DNA of 33,142 nucleotides from a virus (lineage: Duplodnaviria; Caudoviricetes): positions 1-33,142 of IMG/VR virus record IMGVR_UViG_3300037071_002456; one strand, 5' to 3'. The position numbers and the translations under genes were made by a program. This document shows, one piece after another, positions 8,693-17,159 of the stretch. Position 1 is the first letter of the stretch. Each line of letters begins with the position of its first letter. The notes under the pieces were generated by a model, which worked only from the letters and a program-made list of their open reading frames with translations, did not search any database and was not told the origin of the DNA.

Positions 8693-10449
8693 GGCCCGAC
8701 CGGGTAGCGGGTGTAGTTGGACCCGGCCTTGCTCGGCGCGGCGTCGCTGAGACTCACGGCATCGGTGCTCGTCTTGAGGCCGCGGACCACGACTCCCGTG
8801 GCGGACTCGTTGGTATCCATCGCGTCGCTGATGGCTCGTGGAGCGAGCTTCGTGCGGACCGGACTGTCGGCCAGGGTCACCGAGCCCGTGGCCGTTCGGA
8901 AGAAGTCGGTCCCACCGGCTACCGCATAGGCGCCGCGGTCGCTGCCATCGCTGGCCGTGCCGATGGCCGGCGAGCCGGGCAGCAGGTGGTAGTTACGGAG
9001 CAGCAGGTTGGCGTTGGTGGCGTCCACGAAGTCCGGGTCGGCATTCGCGGCGTTGGTGTTCGTGTCGCCCCAGACGTCGCTAGCGCACCAGCCCGTCGCC
9101 GCGAAGACGGCCGCTGGGCCTTCGCTCAGGTCGTAGTCGTTCGTCGTGCCTGTCGAGACGAAGACGTTGCCCGTCCCACGGTCAAAGGTGTAGTAGATGG
9201 TGTTGTGGTGGATGGTCACGCCAGCCATCGGTGCCCCGATGCCAGGTCCGTGGAAGGTGTAGATCGGGGTGGCGAAGCGGACGCGGAAGATGTTGTCCCG
9301 GATGGTCATCCCGGTGAAGTTGCCGTTGGCTCCGTAGGTGCCGGTGTTGTCCGTGCGCAGGCCGGCGTTGTCGTTCGAGCCGGTCGTGACGTCGAAGACG
9401 TTGTGGTGGATGTCGGTATCGCGCAGGGTCCGGATGAGCATGAACGGAGCGCGAGCTGCGAACGGACCGGCAGATGTCCCGCCGAGCGGCTGCGTCAGGC
9501 CCGAGGTCGTGTCCTGGTAGTCGTTCTTGCCAAAGATGGTGTTGTACGCGATCTCCGAGTTCGGCCCACCGGCGTTCAGGTTGGGCAGGTTGTTGCCTGT
9601 CTCGATGAAGCCGTTGTTGTTCCAGGTCGTGTTGCCGATGAACGTGCCGCCCTGCCCGTCAGGGACGTTGAAGTAGGACGCGCAGCCGCCCTCGGCGCCG
9701 TACTGCTGCGATCCGTACTCCGACCAGTTCTCATAGATGAGGCACCCCGACACGAGCCAGTTCGTGCCGCCCTCGAACGTGATGCCCTCGGCTCCGAAGT
9801 CCTCCTCCGATCCTGAGCGACCCATGTACTGGTTGTGATGGATCTCGCAGTCTTCGATGATCATGCCGTCACAGCGGCAGCGGATGCCGGTGCAAGTGTT
9901 GAAGATCTCACAGCGCCGTATCTCCGGGTCGTCGTGGCCTGAGTCGACCGACACGCCGTAGCCGAAGATGGGACCGATGACGAGGTCTTCCATGATCGTG
10001 CCCGACCCGGCAGACGTGATGTGGATGCCCGCGTAGTTGCCGGTGTTCGAGTGCGTGTTGCCGACCGCCAGGTAGGTCGTCCCTGACGGAGCGCCGGTCA
10101 TCGAGGGAGTGCCCGTGTGGCGGATGGTGAACGAGCCACCGGACGGGTTCCGGCGGATGGTGCAGCCCGTCCAAGCGCCCGAGATGTAGATGACCTTGGC
10201 CGCGTTCGTGGCCCACGTCCCGCCGTGGGCGTAGGAGATGGTCACGGCGTCGGTGTTGTAGTTCTGGAGGAAGATCCCGGTCCGCGTCGTCGAGGCGACG
10301 TAGTTCGGATAGTCGCCCGCCATCAGGTTGACGATGTCGCCGCTGGAGCTGGCAAGTGCAACGCCAGCGGCGATCGTCAGCTTCGGAGTGCCGGTGGTCA
10401 GTCCGTTGTTAGCGTCTGACCCACCCGGCGATACGTAGTACGACGTCAC
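8689..10449 (-). CDS. Right-handed beta-helix (pectate-lyase-like) putative depolymerase/adhesin
   Basis: 586 aa. YYVSPGGSDANNG..PKLTI start, repeated I-x-x-C-x-I-x-x-N and I-x-H-N coils, DPDFVD...NYHLLPGSPAIG..DRGAY cap, then a TDAVSLSD repeat tail. Confidence 0.8.
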   Translation of the reverse strand: MTSYYVSPGGSDANNGLTTGTPKLTIAAGVALASSSGDIVNLMAGDYPNYVASTTRTGIFLQNYNTDAVTISYAHGGTWATNAAKVIYISGAWTGCTIRRNPSGGSFTIRHTGTPSMTGAPSGTTYLAVGNTHSNTGNYAGIHITSAGSGTIMEDLVIGPIFGYGVSVDSGHDDPEIRRCEIFNTCTGIRCRCDGMIIEDCEIHHNQYMGRSGSEEDFGAEGITFEGGTNWLVSGCLIYENWSEYGSQQYGAEGGCASYFNVPDGQGGTFIGNTTWNNNGFIETGNNLPNLNAGGPNSEIAYNTIFGKNDYQDTTSGLTQPLGGTSAGPFAARAPFMLIRTLRDTDIHHNVFDVTTGSNDNAGLRTDNTGTYGANGNFTGMTIRDNIFRVRFATPIYTFHGPGIGAPMAGVTIHHNTIYYTFDRGTGNVFVSTGTTNDYDLSEGPAAVFAATGWCASDVWGDTNTNAANADPDFVDATNANLLLRNYHLLPGSPAIGTASDGSDRGAYAVAGGTDFFRTATGSVTLADSPVRTKLAPRAISDAMDTNESATGVVVRGLKTSTDAVSLSDAAPSKAGSNYTRYPVGP

Positions 10450-10452
10450 GGA

Positions 10453-11232
10453 CTAGGAGATGGTGACCGTCTCGGTGATGGTCAGCGTGTCGCCGTTGAC
10501 CACGTTGGCGTCGGCGTTCAGGACGGTCTCGAAGACCATCGTGCCCGCTGCCGTCGAAGTGCCCGCGGTGAACAGGCCCATCCGGTGGATGGCAGGGAAC
10601 GTGGCCGTGACGCTGAACGCCTTGGTCAGCGTGTAGGTCGCCGTGCCGTCGGTGTGGGCATAGGTGGCGAGTGCCCGCGAGCAGCCGCCCGTGGTGAGCT
10701 CGCCAGTCAGTGACGTGTTCGACGCAGACGCGGCCGAGGCGTTCTCGGTGAGCGCCATATAGCGCGCCGCTGCGCCACCGGGCAGGATACCGTAGTTGGC
10801 CGTGGAGCCAGGCGTGGCGCCTGCCGAGTCGTCGCCGTAGTACCACGCATCGACGGTCAGCACGGACGTGCTGTTGGCGCCGATGTTGCCCCACACCGGG
10901 GCGCTCGTGGAGTTCTCCGCGTAGACGACCTGGCCGATGTACGCCGAGGCCACGAAGGGCGTCGACGTGGCGGTTAGTGAGGTGGCGGAGCTGGCCGTGG
11001 CGATGGTGCCGATGACACCGAAGCCGAGCTTGGCTCCGAGCGCCTTGGCGACGTGGTCGCGGCCGGCGTTGGTCAGCAGGTTGTAGCCCACGCCCAGCAT
11101 CTCGACCTCGGGCTTCCGCCCGACGCCGTGGGCGCAGTCCTGGTGGGTGATGTAGGACAGCACCTCGTTGGGGCCGAGCTTGACCCTTTCGATGGTGCGT
11201 TCCCCGAGCTTGACCGTTTCGATGTGGCTCAC
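10453..11232 (-). CDS. Fibre-attachment/collar-like structural protein
   Basis: 259 aa. NLLTNAGRD...YMAL...SLTGEL...MGLFTA...MVFETVL..NVVNGDTLTITETVTIS resembles tail-collar/fibre-anchor beta-sandwich proteins. Confidence 0.6.
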   Translation of the reverse strand: MSHIETVKLGERTIERVKLGPNEVLSYITHQDCAHGVGRKPEVEMLGVGYNLLTNAGRDHVAKALGAKLGFGVIGTIATASSATSLTATSTPFVASAYIGQVVYAENSTSAPVWGNIGANSTSVLTVDAWYYGDDSAGATPGSTANYGILPGGAAARYMALTENASAASASNTSLTGELTTGGCSRALATYAHTDGTATYTLTKAFSVTATFPAIHRMGLFTAGTSTAAGTMVFETVLNADANVVNGDTLTITETVTIS

Positions 11233-11564
11233 AGCTTGTCCTCCGACCCGACGCCGTCTTCGCCGGACCGCTCGAGGTTCTGAGGGTCACGATCGTGGGA
11301 GGTCGCTGCGGGCTTGTGCTTCGCGACCACGCTGGCCTCGAGGCGATGGTGGTCGAGAACCTTCTTGAGATCGCCTTCGGAGAGGTCCGACAGGATCTCC
11401 CAGTTGGCCTCGTCGTATTCCTTGATGCCCGTCACCGGGTCGAAGCGCACGCCGTGGCCGCAGAAGCGACACGCCGCGGGGACGTTGCGCTCTCCAGCCT
11501 CCCCGGACTCGGCCAGGTGTCCGCAGTTGGCGCAGCGGAACGCATACTTGACACTAGGACTCAC
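11229..11564 (-). CDS. Zinc-ribbon protein (CxxC...CxxC)
   Basis: Start reassigned to GTG 11564 after RBS GAAAGGAG; FRCANCGH...ACRFCGH; 111 aa. Confidence 0.7.
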   Translation of the reverse strand: MSPSVKYAFRCANCGHLAESGEAGERNVPAACRFCGHGVRFDPVTGIKEYDEANWEILSDLSEGDLKKVLDHHRLEASVVAKHKPAATSHDRDPQNLERSGEDGVGSEDKL

Positions 11565-11712
11565 TGGCTGAGCTCCTTTCGCTCGGCTCCGGCGGGCTCT
11601 CCGCATGGCCACGGCGCATCTGCGTCCTTGGCCTCATCTGTTGCGCCTTCTTGGCGGGTTCCACGACGATGTCACCTGGTCGCCATACGAACTTCTCGTC
11701 CTGGCGCTTCAC
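11554..11712 (-). CDS. Small protein coupled to the MuF-ART (candidate immunity or partner protein), 52 aa
   Basis: Not in track. GTG 11712 overlaps the ART stop; MKRQDEKFVWRPGDIVVEPAKKAQQ... Confidence 0.5.
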   Translation of the reverse strand: MKRQDEKFVWRPGDIVVEPAKKAQQMRPRTQMRRGHAESPPEPSERSSASES

Positions 11713-12749
11713 TTGATGACCTCCAGCACGATCTTGCGCACGCCCTTGCGCCGACCCTGTGCCTCGAACGGTGCGTACTCGATGTCAATGAGCGTGTCTC
11801 GGATGACCCTGAACCGGGACCCACGAGCCAACAGGACTTCGTACTCGCGCATCTCCAGGACGCCATCCATGTAGGCGCCACGGGTCCCAGCGGGGATACG
11901 GATCTCAAAGAAAACGGGGACCTTCCCATCGCTCATAACGTAAGCCGCGTAGCGATGTCCGTTGACCGGGTCGATGGACGTGGAGGCGAAGCCCAGGTCG
12001 GGGAAGACGGAGCCAACCCCGAGGTCACCCGGCACGGCTGAGGCTGAGGACGCGCGATACGCCACGATGTCATGAGGGATGACCGACCGCGAGAGCGCCG
12101 AGTCCAGCGCGGCGACTTCGTCGGCCACGTCAACGCTCCCACGACCGCGAAGGGTCGCGTTGATGTCGCGATAGCCCGATGACTGATAGAGCTTGAGGGC
12201 GTCCAGTTCCTCGGGAGACAGGTCGTCCCGCCAATCGGCGTAGTCGGTCCGCATCTGCCCATCGAGCTCGCGAACCTCGGGTCTGGTCAGCGGCGTGACC
12301 TCCTCGTCCGCCTCTGGGGCGGCAGACGCAGGAGGCTCGCCGATGATGGGAGCGAAGTCACGGACGCAGTTGGGATGTTCGATGGGGTTGGCCTCAGCCT
12401 CTTCCAGAGTCCAGACCTGGCCGTCAGCCGCGGCGCAGCCCTCATCGTCGTCGCCGTCCATGACCGTGACGTGGGTCACGCCGTACTCTCGGTAGCTCTC
12501 GATGGCGGCGCGGTTCAGGATGGTCGCCGTCTCCGTCCGGGCGACCGTCTCGGCGCGGTACTCACCGAAGGCGGCGGCTTCCTGGAGGCGGTCGCCCAGC
12601 TGCGCCGGTGAGTCGCCGGCACGGATGCCCTCTTCGATGGTCGAGCGGACCATGTCGCGGGTCGTGTCGAGGATGCCGCCGATCTGTTGGCTCGACTGCT
12701 TGAGGAGGCGCGCCAGGACGCGATCGGGCAGCCCGACGCCGAGCGTCAC
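11709..12749 (-). CDS. MuF (phage minor head) domain fused to a VIP2-like ADP-ribosyltransferase
   Basis: MuF: RAETVARTETA...GCAAADGQ...EHPNCVR. ART: ALKLYQSSGYRDINATLRG, AYR, GFASTS, EYEVLLARGSRFRV (R-S-E triad with ExE). Confidence 0.9.
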   Translation of the reverse strand: MTLGVGLPDRVLARLLKQSSQQIGGILDTTRDMVRSTIEEGIRAGDSPAQLGDRLQEAAAFGEYRAETVARTETATILNRAAIESYREYGVTHVTVMDGDDDEGCAAADGQVWTLEEAEANPIEHPNCVRDFAPIIGEPPASAAPEADEEVTPLTRPEVRELDGQMRTDYADWRDDLSPEELDALKLYQSSGYRDINATLRGRGSVDVADEVAALDSALSRSVIPHDIVAYRASSASAVPGDLGVGSVFPDLGFASTSIDPVNGHRYAAYVMSDGKVPVFFEIRIPAGTRGAYMDGVLEMREYEVLLARGSRFRVIRDTLIDIEYAPFEAQGRRKGVRKIVLEVIK

Positions 12750-14548
12750 GACTTGCCTTCCAGGGCCGTGGTGACCTTCTCACCGACCGTCTCGGCGGCC
12801 AGCGAGATATGCGGCTTGATGGCCTTCTCCAGCTCACGCCGCCATCGGCCCTCGTCCCACCAGACCGACGCATCGGTGGGCTTGCGTGAGAGGTGGTCAT
12901 GCTTCGCTGCGACCTTCTCGCTTATCTCCGTGCGCATCTTGTCGAGGACCTTGGCCACGTCACGCTCCAGGCGGTCCTCGGAGGTCTCGCGGACGCGCTC
13001 GATGAGCGGGTCCATGTTCATCGTCTTGGCCTTCGCAGGGAGTCGTCGCGCCTTGCCAAGGGCTTCGTCCACGACTTCTACGTTGGCTGGGTCCGACTGC
13101 AACGTGATGGGCAGTAGCCCGACGTGCTTGATGTCCGGCAGGCCCAGCGCACGCAGCGCATCGTTCGGGTCGAAGCCTGCCCGGATGAGGACGCCCACGG
13201 CCTCGGCCTGCTGGCGTGACACGACGGTGCCTTCGTCCTCTGGCGTCGTCGGTGCCTCTGCGTCACCCGGTGCTTGTGCGATCTCCACGGTAGAGACTGG
13301 CACCCATACCGCGTTGTCCAATGCCGGGTCACCGAAGGGCTCCAAGCCCAGGATGCGGCGACGCTCGATGTTCTTGAGCGGCTGGCTCTCGGCGATCCTT
13401 GCCAGTTCGTACTTGGGCGTTTCGTCATCGAAGGTCGGCACGTCCACGACGAGCTGTAAGCCCATGCCCAGCCGGTCGAGCATCTGGTACTGGATGCGCT
13501 CGTACATCGAGTCTATGCGGAACTGCACGGCGTTCTGCCACAGCGCCGCCTCGTCGTACTTGCGAGTCTCCCCGGAGTTCATGCCAGCCGGCGTGTAGCC
13601 GCCGATGGTCGAGAGCGGGACGCCCCAGTGGGCGAGCACGTCATCGCGGCTCATCCGGCTGAGCTCGACCACGCTGAGGCTGTTCATGTCGGCTGCGGTC
13701 GGGGTGAACTCCATCGGCATCCGGGCCACGACGTCGCGCTTCGATGAGTCGGGCATGTCCTTGATGACGCGGAGGTCGCTCTGGAGCCGGTCGAAGACGT
13801 CATCGCCGGCGACTTCCTTCGGCGCGTAGATGCCCGGCAGGCGGCCACCGGAGGCGAGCGTGTCGATGGCATGGCGGTCGATGGTGTTGGGCATGGGCAG
13901 CGTCGTGGCGATGGCTTCAACGAGGCCCTGGCCGAAGTAGCCCTTGTCGGGCGGCACCAGGTAGAAGGGCACGACCTCTTCGGTGGAGAGCTGCTTGCCC
14001 GAGCCCGAGCCATCCTCGTCAAGGACCCAGCCGACCAGCCTACCGCCCTCTTCCTTCGGCGTCATGCGATCGGGGCGGATGTAGAAGATGCGCTTGGGCC
14101 AGCCCGTCAGGGCGTTCATCTCGTCGAGGAACCAAAAGCCCACGTTGACCAGGCCCATGTGGCGGCTGGTCAGGCCCCACAGCTCGCGCCGCGTCCGCGG
14201 CTGCCCGCCGTACTGGCTCTCGAAGTCGTCGCCCAGCGGCTTCTCGAAGAGGTCGCGGATGGCGCGCAGCTCCGGGCTGGACTCGTCGGTGACCTCTTCG
14301 CCATCATCGGTCTCGAGGTGCCACGGCACGGAGCCGACCCGGCCGCTGATGGTCATCTCGGCGCGCATGACCCAGCGGTTGCCACGGGCGTACACCGCCA
14401 GGGCTTCGCGGATCATCTGCCGCGGGTCGTTGGAGACGTAGCCGATGGGCGTTCCCCAGCTCATCACGCTGGCGCCCGGCCCGGTGACCGCCTTCTGCGG
14501 CTCGAGGCTGGCCTTCTGCGGGGTGAAGATGCGTTCAAGCAGCGCCAT
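12746..14548 (-). CDS. Portal protein (HK97-like) with C-terminal extension
   Basis: 600 aa after TerL. IFYIRPDRM, YFGQGLVEA, GRLPGIY, SRDDVLAHWGVPLSTIG, ERRRILGLEP. Confidence 0.9.
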   Translation of the reverse strand: MALLERIFTPQKASLEPQKAVTGPGASVMSWGTPIGYVSNDPRQMIREALAVYARGNRWVMRAEMTISGRVGSVPWHLETDDGEEVTDESSPELRAIRDLFEKPLGDDFESQYGGQPRTRRELWGLTSRHMGLVNVGFWFLDEMNALTGWPKRIFYIRPDRMTPKEEGGRLVGWVLDEDGSGSGKQLSTEEVVPFYLVPPDKGYFGQGLVEAIATTLPMPNTIDRHAIDTLASGGRLPGIYAPKEVAGDDVFDRLQSDLRVIKDMPDSSKRDVVARMPMEFTPTAADMNSLSVVELSRMSRDDVLAHWGVPLSTIGGYTPAGMNSGETRKYDEAALWQNAVQFRIDSMYERIQYQMLDRLGMGLQLVVDVPTFDDETPKYELARIAESQPLKNIERRRILGLEPFGDPALDNAVWVPVSTVEIAQAPGDAEAPTTPEDEGTVVSRQQAEAVGVLIRAGFDPNDALRALGLPDIKHVGLLPITLQSDPANVEVVDEALGKARRLPAKAKTMNMDPLIERVRETSEDRLERDVAKVLDKMRTEISEKVAAKHDHLSRKPTDASVWWDEGRWRRELEKAIKPHISLAAETVGEKVTTALEGKS

Positions 14549-14714
14549 CGAACCGTCCCCTCAGATGCAGGCCCACGCCGGTCGACACGATGAGCAGGCC
14601 GACCACCACGACTGCCCACGGCTCGCCGAGCCACATGGCCCACAGGAGACCCAGCACGGCGATGAGTCCGCCTGCGATGACCACCACGTCAGGCAGCGTC
14701 ACGGCGTCGTTCAC
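14535..14714 (-). CDS. Small two-TM membrane protein (59 aa)
   Basis: GTG 14714 overlaps the upstream stop; MNDAVTLPDVVVIAGGLIAVLGLLWAMWLGEPWAVVVVGLLIVSTGVGLHL. Confidence 0.6.
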   Translation of the reverse strand: MNDAVTLPDVVVIAGGLIAVLGLLWAMWLGEPWAVVVVGLLIVSTGVGLHLRGRFDGAA

Positions 14715-14869
14715 GCCATCACTCGGGGCATGTCGGGTGGGTTGGCACCGTTCGCCGAGGCGTGCGTGACGGCCTCGTGGTAGTGCGGCGAGGAGAAGTC
14801 GCAGCCGTAGTGGCCCTGCCGGCTGGGCCCGCCCTGGCAGACCCAGCGACCGTCGCGAAGCTGGCGCAT
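14711..14869 (-). CDS. Small C2H2-like zinc-finger protein (52 aa)
   Basis: Not in track. MRQLRDGRWVCQGGPSRQGHYGCDFSSPHYHEAVTHAS...; stop overlaps the next GTG. Confidence 0.45.
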   Translation of the reverse strand: MRQLRDGRWVCQGGPSRQGHYGCDFSSPHYHEAVTHASANGANPPDMPRVMA

Positions 14870-14942
14870 CGCATGGGCGCGGGACTTCCACGGCGTGCGT
14901 GAGCTCAGGTGACGGCGGAAGGCTCCCCGACACGCCGGGAAC

Positions 14943-16277
14943 TTATGCGATCCATGACTTCTCCGTGGAGCCGTGATAGCCGGTGAGCATGAGGTCGGTG
15001 AGAGCCCAGACTAGAGCATCGAGGCGGTCCGGCGAACTGCCGCGGCCATCGTAGGACACCATCTGGCTGACGAGCTCGTGGAAGTCCTGCGTGTGACTGA
15101 CCTTGCCCATGCCGTACAGGTTGGCGATGGGCTCGGCGCGGGTGACCTTGCCGCGGCTCGCGGTGACCGAGCGGACCGGGATGTTGCCGTTGACGGCGAG
15201 GATGACGTTGGCCACCAGGTCGCCGCCGTTGTTGACCTCGGCCACCACGCGGTCGGCGTGGTACTCGTGGTAGGCATCGGCCACGCGGGCGGCCCAGACG
15301 TTCGGTGCCATGCGCCCTGACAGGTCGGCGAGGATGTAGCCGTGGCCATCCTTCACGCCGGCCACGATGATGCCCGTCTCATCGGAGTCCTTGTTGCTCG
15401 TCACCGCGGGATCCACGGCGACCACCACGCTCTCGAAGTCGTCCACGATGCCGCGTCCCTGGACGTGGACCTTGGACGGCTGGCCCTTGCGGATCCAGTC
15501 ACCGTCGAAGAGGCCGCCGGTCAGGGCTACCCATTCGCCGCGGACGTATCGCTCCCTCGCGATGCCGGTCATGCCCGCCATGCGGTCGAGGTAGTTCTGG
15601 GGCAGGAAGCGGTTGTCGGTCGTGGCGGCGCGGAGGTAGACGCGGTCGGTGTGGTCGGGGTCGGTGAACCGTCTGCGCAGCCAGTGGTCAGGGTGGGCGG
15701 GGTTGGTAGCTCCGGCAAGCTGCGTGAACGGGACACCGGGCCAGCGGAGGCGTCCCTCGAGCATCGTCCAGTCTCCCTCGGTCAGCTCCACGGCTTCGTC
15801 CACGAAGGCGAAGGCGAGGTCGAGGGAACCGACCTTGCTCGGTACACCCGTGACCGGGTCAGCGTCAAGCCCGAGGAGCCAGAACCGGCTGCCATTCGCC
15901 AGGTCATAGCGTCCCTCGGTAACGTTGCGCTTGGTGACGACACCAGCAGGGAGAACATCGCGGAAGAGGGTGATCTGAGTCGTGCTTGCCAGAGAGGCGC
16001 GGACCTTGCGGAAGATGCCGATAGGCGCACCGGGGTATCGCTTGGCGAGGTGGTAGGCCTTCTCGCAGAGGATGCGGCTCTTGCCGGCGCCGAAGGCTCC
16101 GGAGTAGAGGAGTTCGGGCGCCTCGCTGTCGAAGAACGCTCGCTGCTGCTCATTCGCGAACCTCGGCCCCAGCTCCGACCGCAACGCTTCCAGCAGCGGT
16201 CTCGGCAGCGAGAGCAGCCTCTCCGTCGCTGACTGCCCGGTCGATGACGTCGCGGAGGACAGCCCGTTCGTGGTCAT
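14943..16277 (-). CDS. terL: Terminase large subunit
   Basis: Walker A YSGAFGAGKS, Walker B AFVDEA, coupling motif ATNP, nuclease VAVDPA...DETG, SPDRLDALVWA. True start may be downstream of 16277. Confidence 0.95.
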   Translation of the reverse strand: MTTNGLSSATSSTGQSATERLLSLPRPLLEALRSELGPRFANEQQRAFFDSEAPELLYSGAFGAGKSRILCEKAYHLAKRYPGAPIGIFRKVRASLASTTQITLFRDVLPAGVVTKRNVTEGRYDLANGSRFWLLGLDADPVTGVPSKVGSLDLAFAFVDEAVELTEGDWTMLEGRLRWPGVPFTQLAGATNPAHPDHWLRRRFTDPDHTDRVYLRAATTDNRFLPQNYLDRMAGMTGIARERYVRGEWVALTGGLFDGDWIRKGQPSKVHVQGRGIVDDFESVVVAVDPAVTSNKDSDETGIIVAGVKDGHGYILADLSGRMAPNVWAARVADAYHEYHADRVVAEVNNGGDLVANVILAVNGNIPVRSVTASRGKVTRAEPIANLYGMGKVSHTQDFHELVSQMVSYDGRGSSPDRLDALVWALTDLMLTGYHGSTEKSWIA

Positions 16278-16626
16278 CGAGGGTATCCGCCAGTGTCTTG
16301 GTCTCGGTCCTGGCCGTGGCGTGACCGCTCAGGAGCTGCGCCTTGTCCGTGAGGATGCCGTAGAGCACCGACAGGTCGCGAGGCTCGAACTCGTGCAGCT
16401 TGCCGTGGATGACCGACAACACCTTGTGCGCCAGGGCCTGAGACTCCTCGGCCAGGTCCTCGCGGGTTTTCGTCCGAAGGAGTCCGAACTCCGCGGAGTC
16501 GCGCCAATAAGCCAGAGTCTGCTTCGGGATGCCTTGAGCTTCGGCAGCCTCGGTGAGACTCGAAGCCTCCGCAGCGATGACCGCCGTCATCTTCTGGCGC
16601 TTCGTGTAGCGACGTCGCTCGGTCAT
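16150..16626 (-). CDS. terS: Terminase small subunit (N-terminal HTH)
   Basis: 158 aa just upstream of TerL; RRYTKRQK...SLTEAAEAQGIPKQTLAYW HTH; YGILTDKAQLLSG. Confidence 0.75.
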   Translation of the reverse strand: MTERRRYTKRQKMTAVIAAEASSLTEAAEAQGIPKQTLAYWRDSAEFGLLRTKTREDLAEESQALAHKVLSVIHGKLHEFEPRDLSVLYGILTDKAQLLSGHATARTETKTLADTLDDHERAVLRDVIDRAVSDGEAALAAETAAGSVAVGAGAEVRE

Positions 16627-16760
16627 GCACTGACCCGCTCTTCTTCCGGCGGCTCCACGTCGCCAAGACGCTCATCGATCCGCTCGATGTAGACGCGAGC
16701 CGCCCACGCGAAGGCGATGAGCACCACGATGGCGGCTAGGAGCAGGGCAGGCCAGAGCAT
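16623..16760 (-). CDS. Small single-TM membrane protein (45 aa), lysis-module position
   Basis: Not in track. MLWPALLLAAIVVLIAFAWAARVYIERIDERLGDVEPPEEERVSA; coupled at both ends. Confidence 0.6.
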   Translation of the reverse strand: MLWPALLLAAIVVLIAFAWAARVYIERIDERLGDVEPPEEERVSA

Positions 16761-17041
16761 CACTCAGGGCGCGGCACGGGAGCGTTGCCAATGACGGTGC
16801 CGGACTCATCGGTGATACGGATCTGCGTGCCCTGCTTGAGCTGCGGATCGTTCACCGGCGTCGTACTGGTGTTGGCGATGAACGCCACCAGGACGCCGAG
16901 GACGGAGCCGATGGCGCCGAGGATGAGGGCTACTTGCTCACCGTCGACCTCGGGGAACGCAACGAGGACGACCGTCTGGATTGTGGCGAGCAGGGCCGAG
17001 ATGAGGCCGACCCACTGGACGGTCGACCTACCGAGCAGCAT
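16760..17041 (-). CDS. Putative holin (two TM helices)
   Basis: Start reassigned to ATG 17041 (RBS GAGGAG); two hydrophobic segments, then TTPVNDP; lies just upstream of the terminase genes. Confidence 0.6.
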   Translation of the reverse strand: MLLGRSTVQWVGLISALLATIQTVVLVAFPEVDGEQVALILGAIGSVLGVLVAFIANTSTTPVNDPQLKQGTQIRITDESGTVIGNAPVPRPE

Positions 17042-17159
17042 CGGGGGTCTCCTCGTTCTCGCCGGCGGCGTCGGGGTCGGCCTGCGGCTCTTCGGGCGCC
17101 TCTGCCTCCGCAGGCTCTTCGATGGTCTTCTCGGCGTCTTCCACGTCAAAGTCGCTCAT
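17028..17159 (-). CDS. Very acidic low-complexity peptide (43 aa)
   Basis: Not in track. MSDFDVEDAEKTIEEPAEAEAPEEPQADPDAAGENEETPDAAR; RBS GAAGGAG; ATGA overlap. Confidence 0.55.
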   Translation of the reverse strand: MSDFDVEDAEKTIEEPAEAEAPEEPQADPDAAGENEETPDAAR

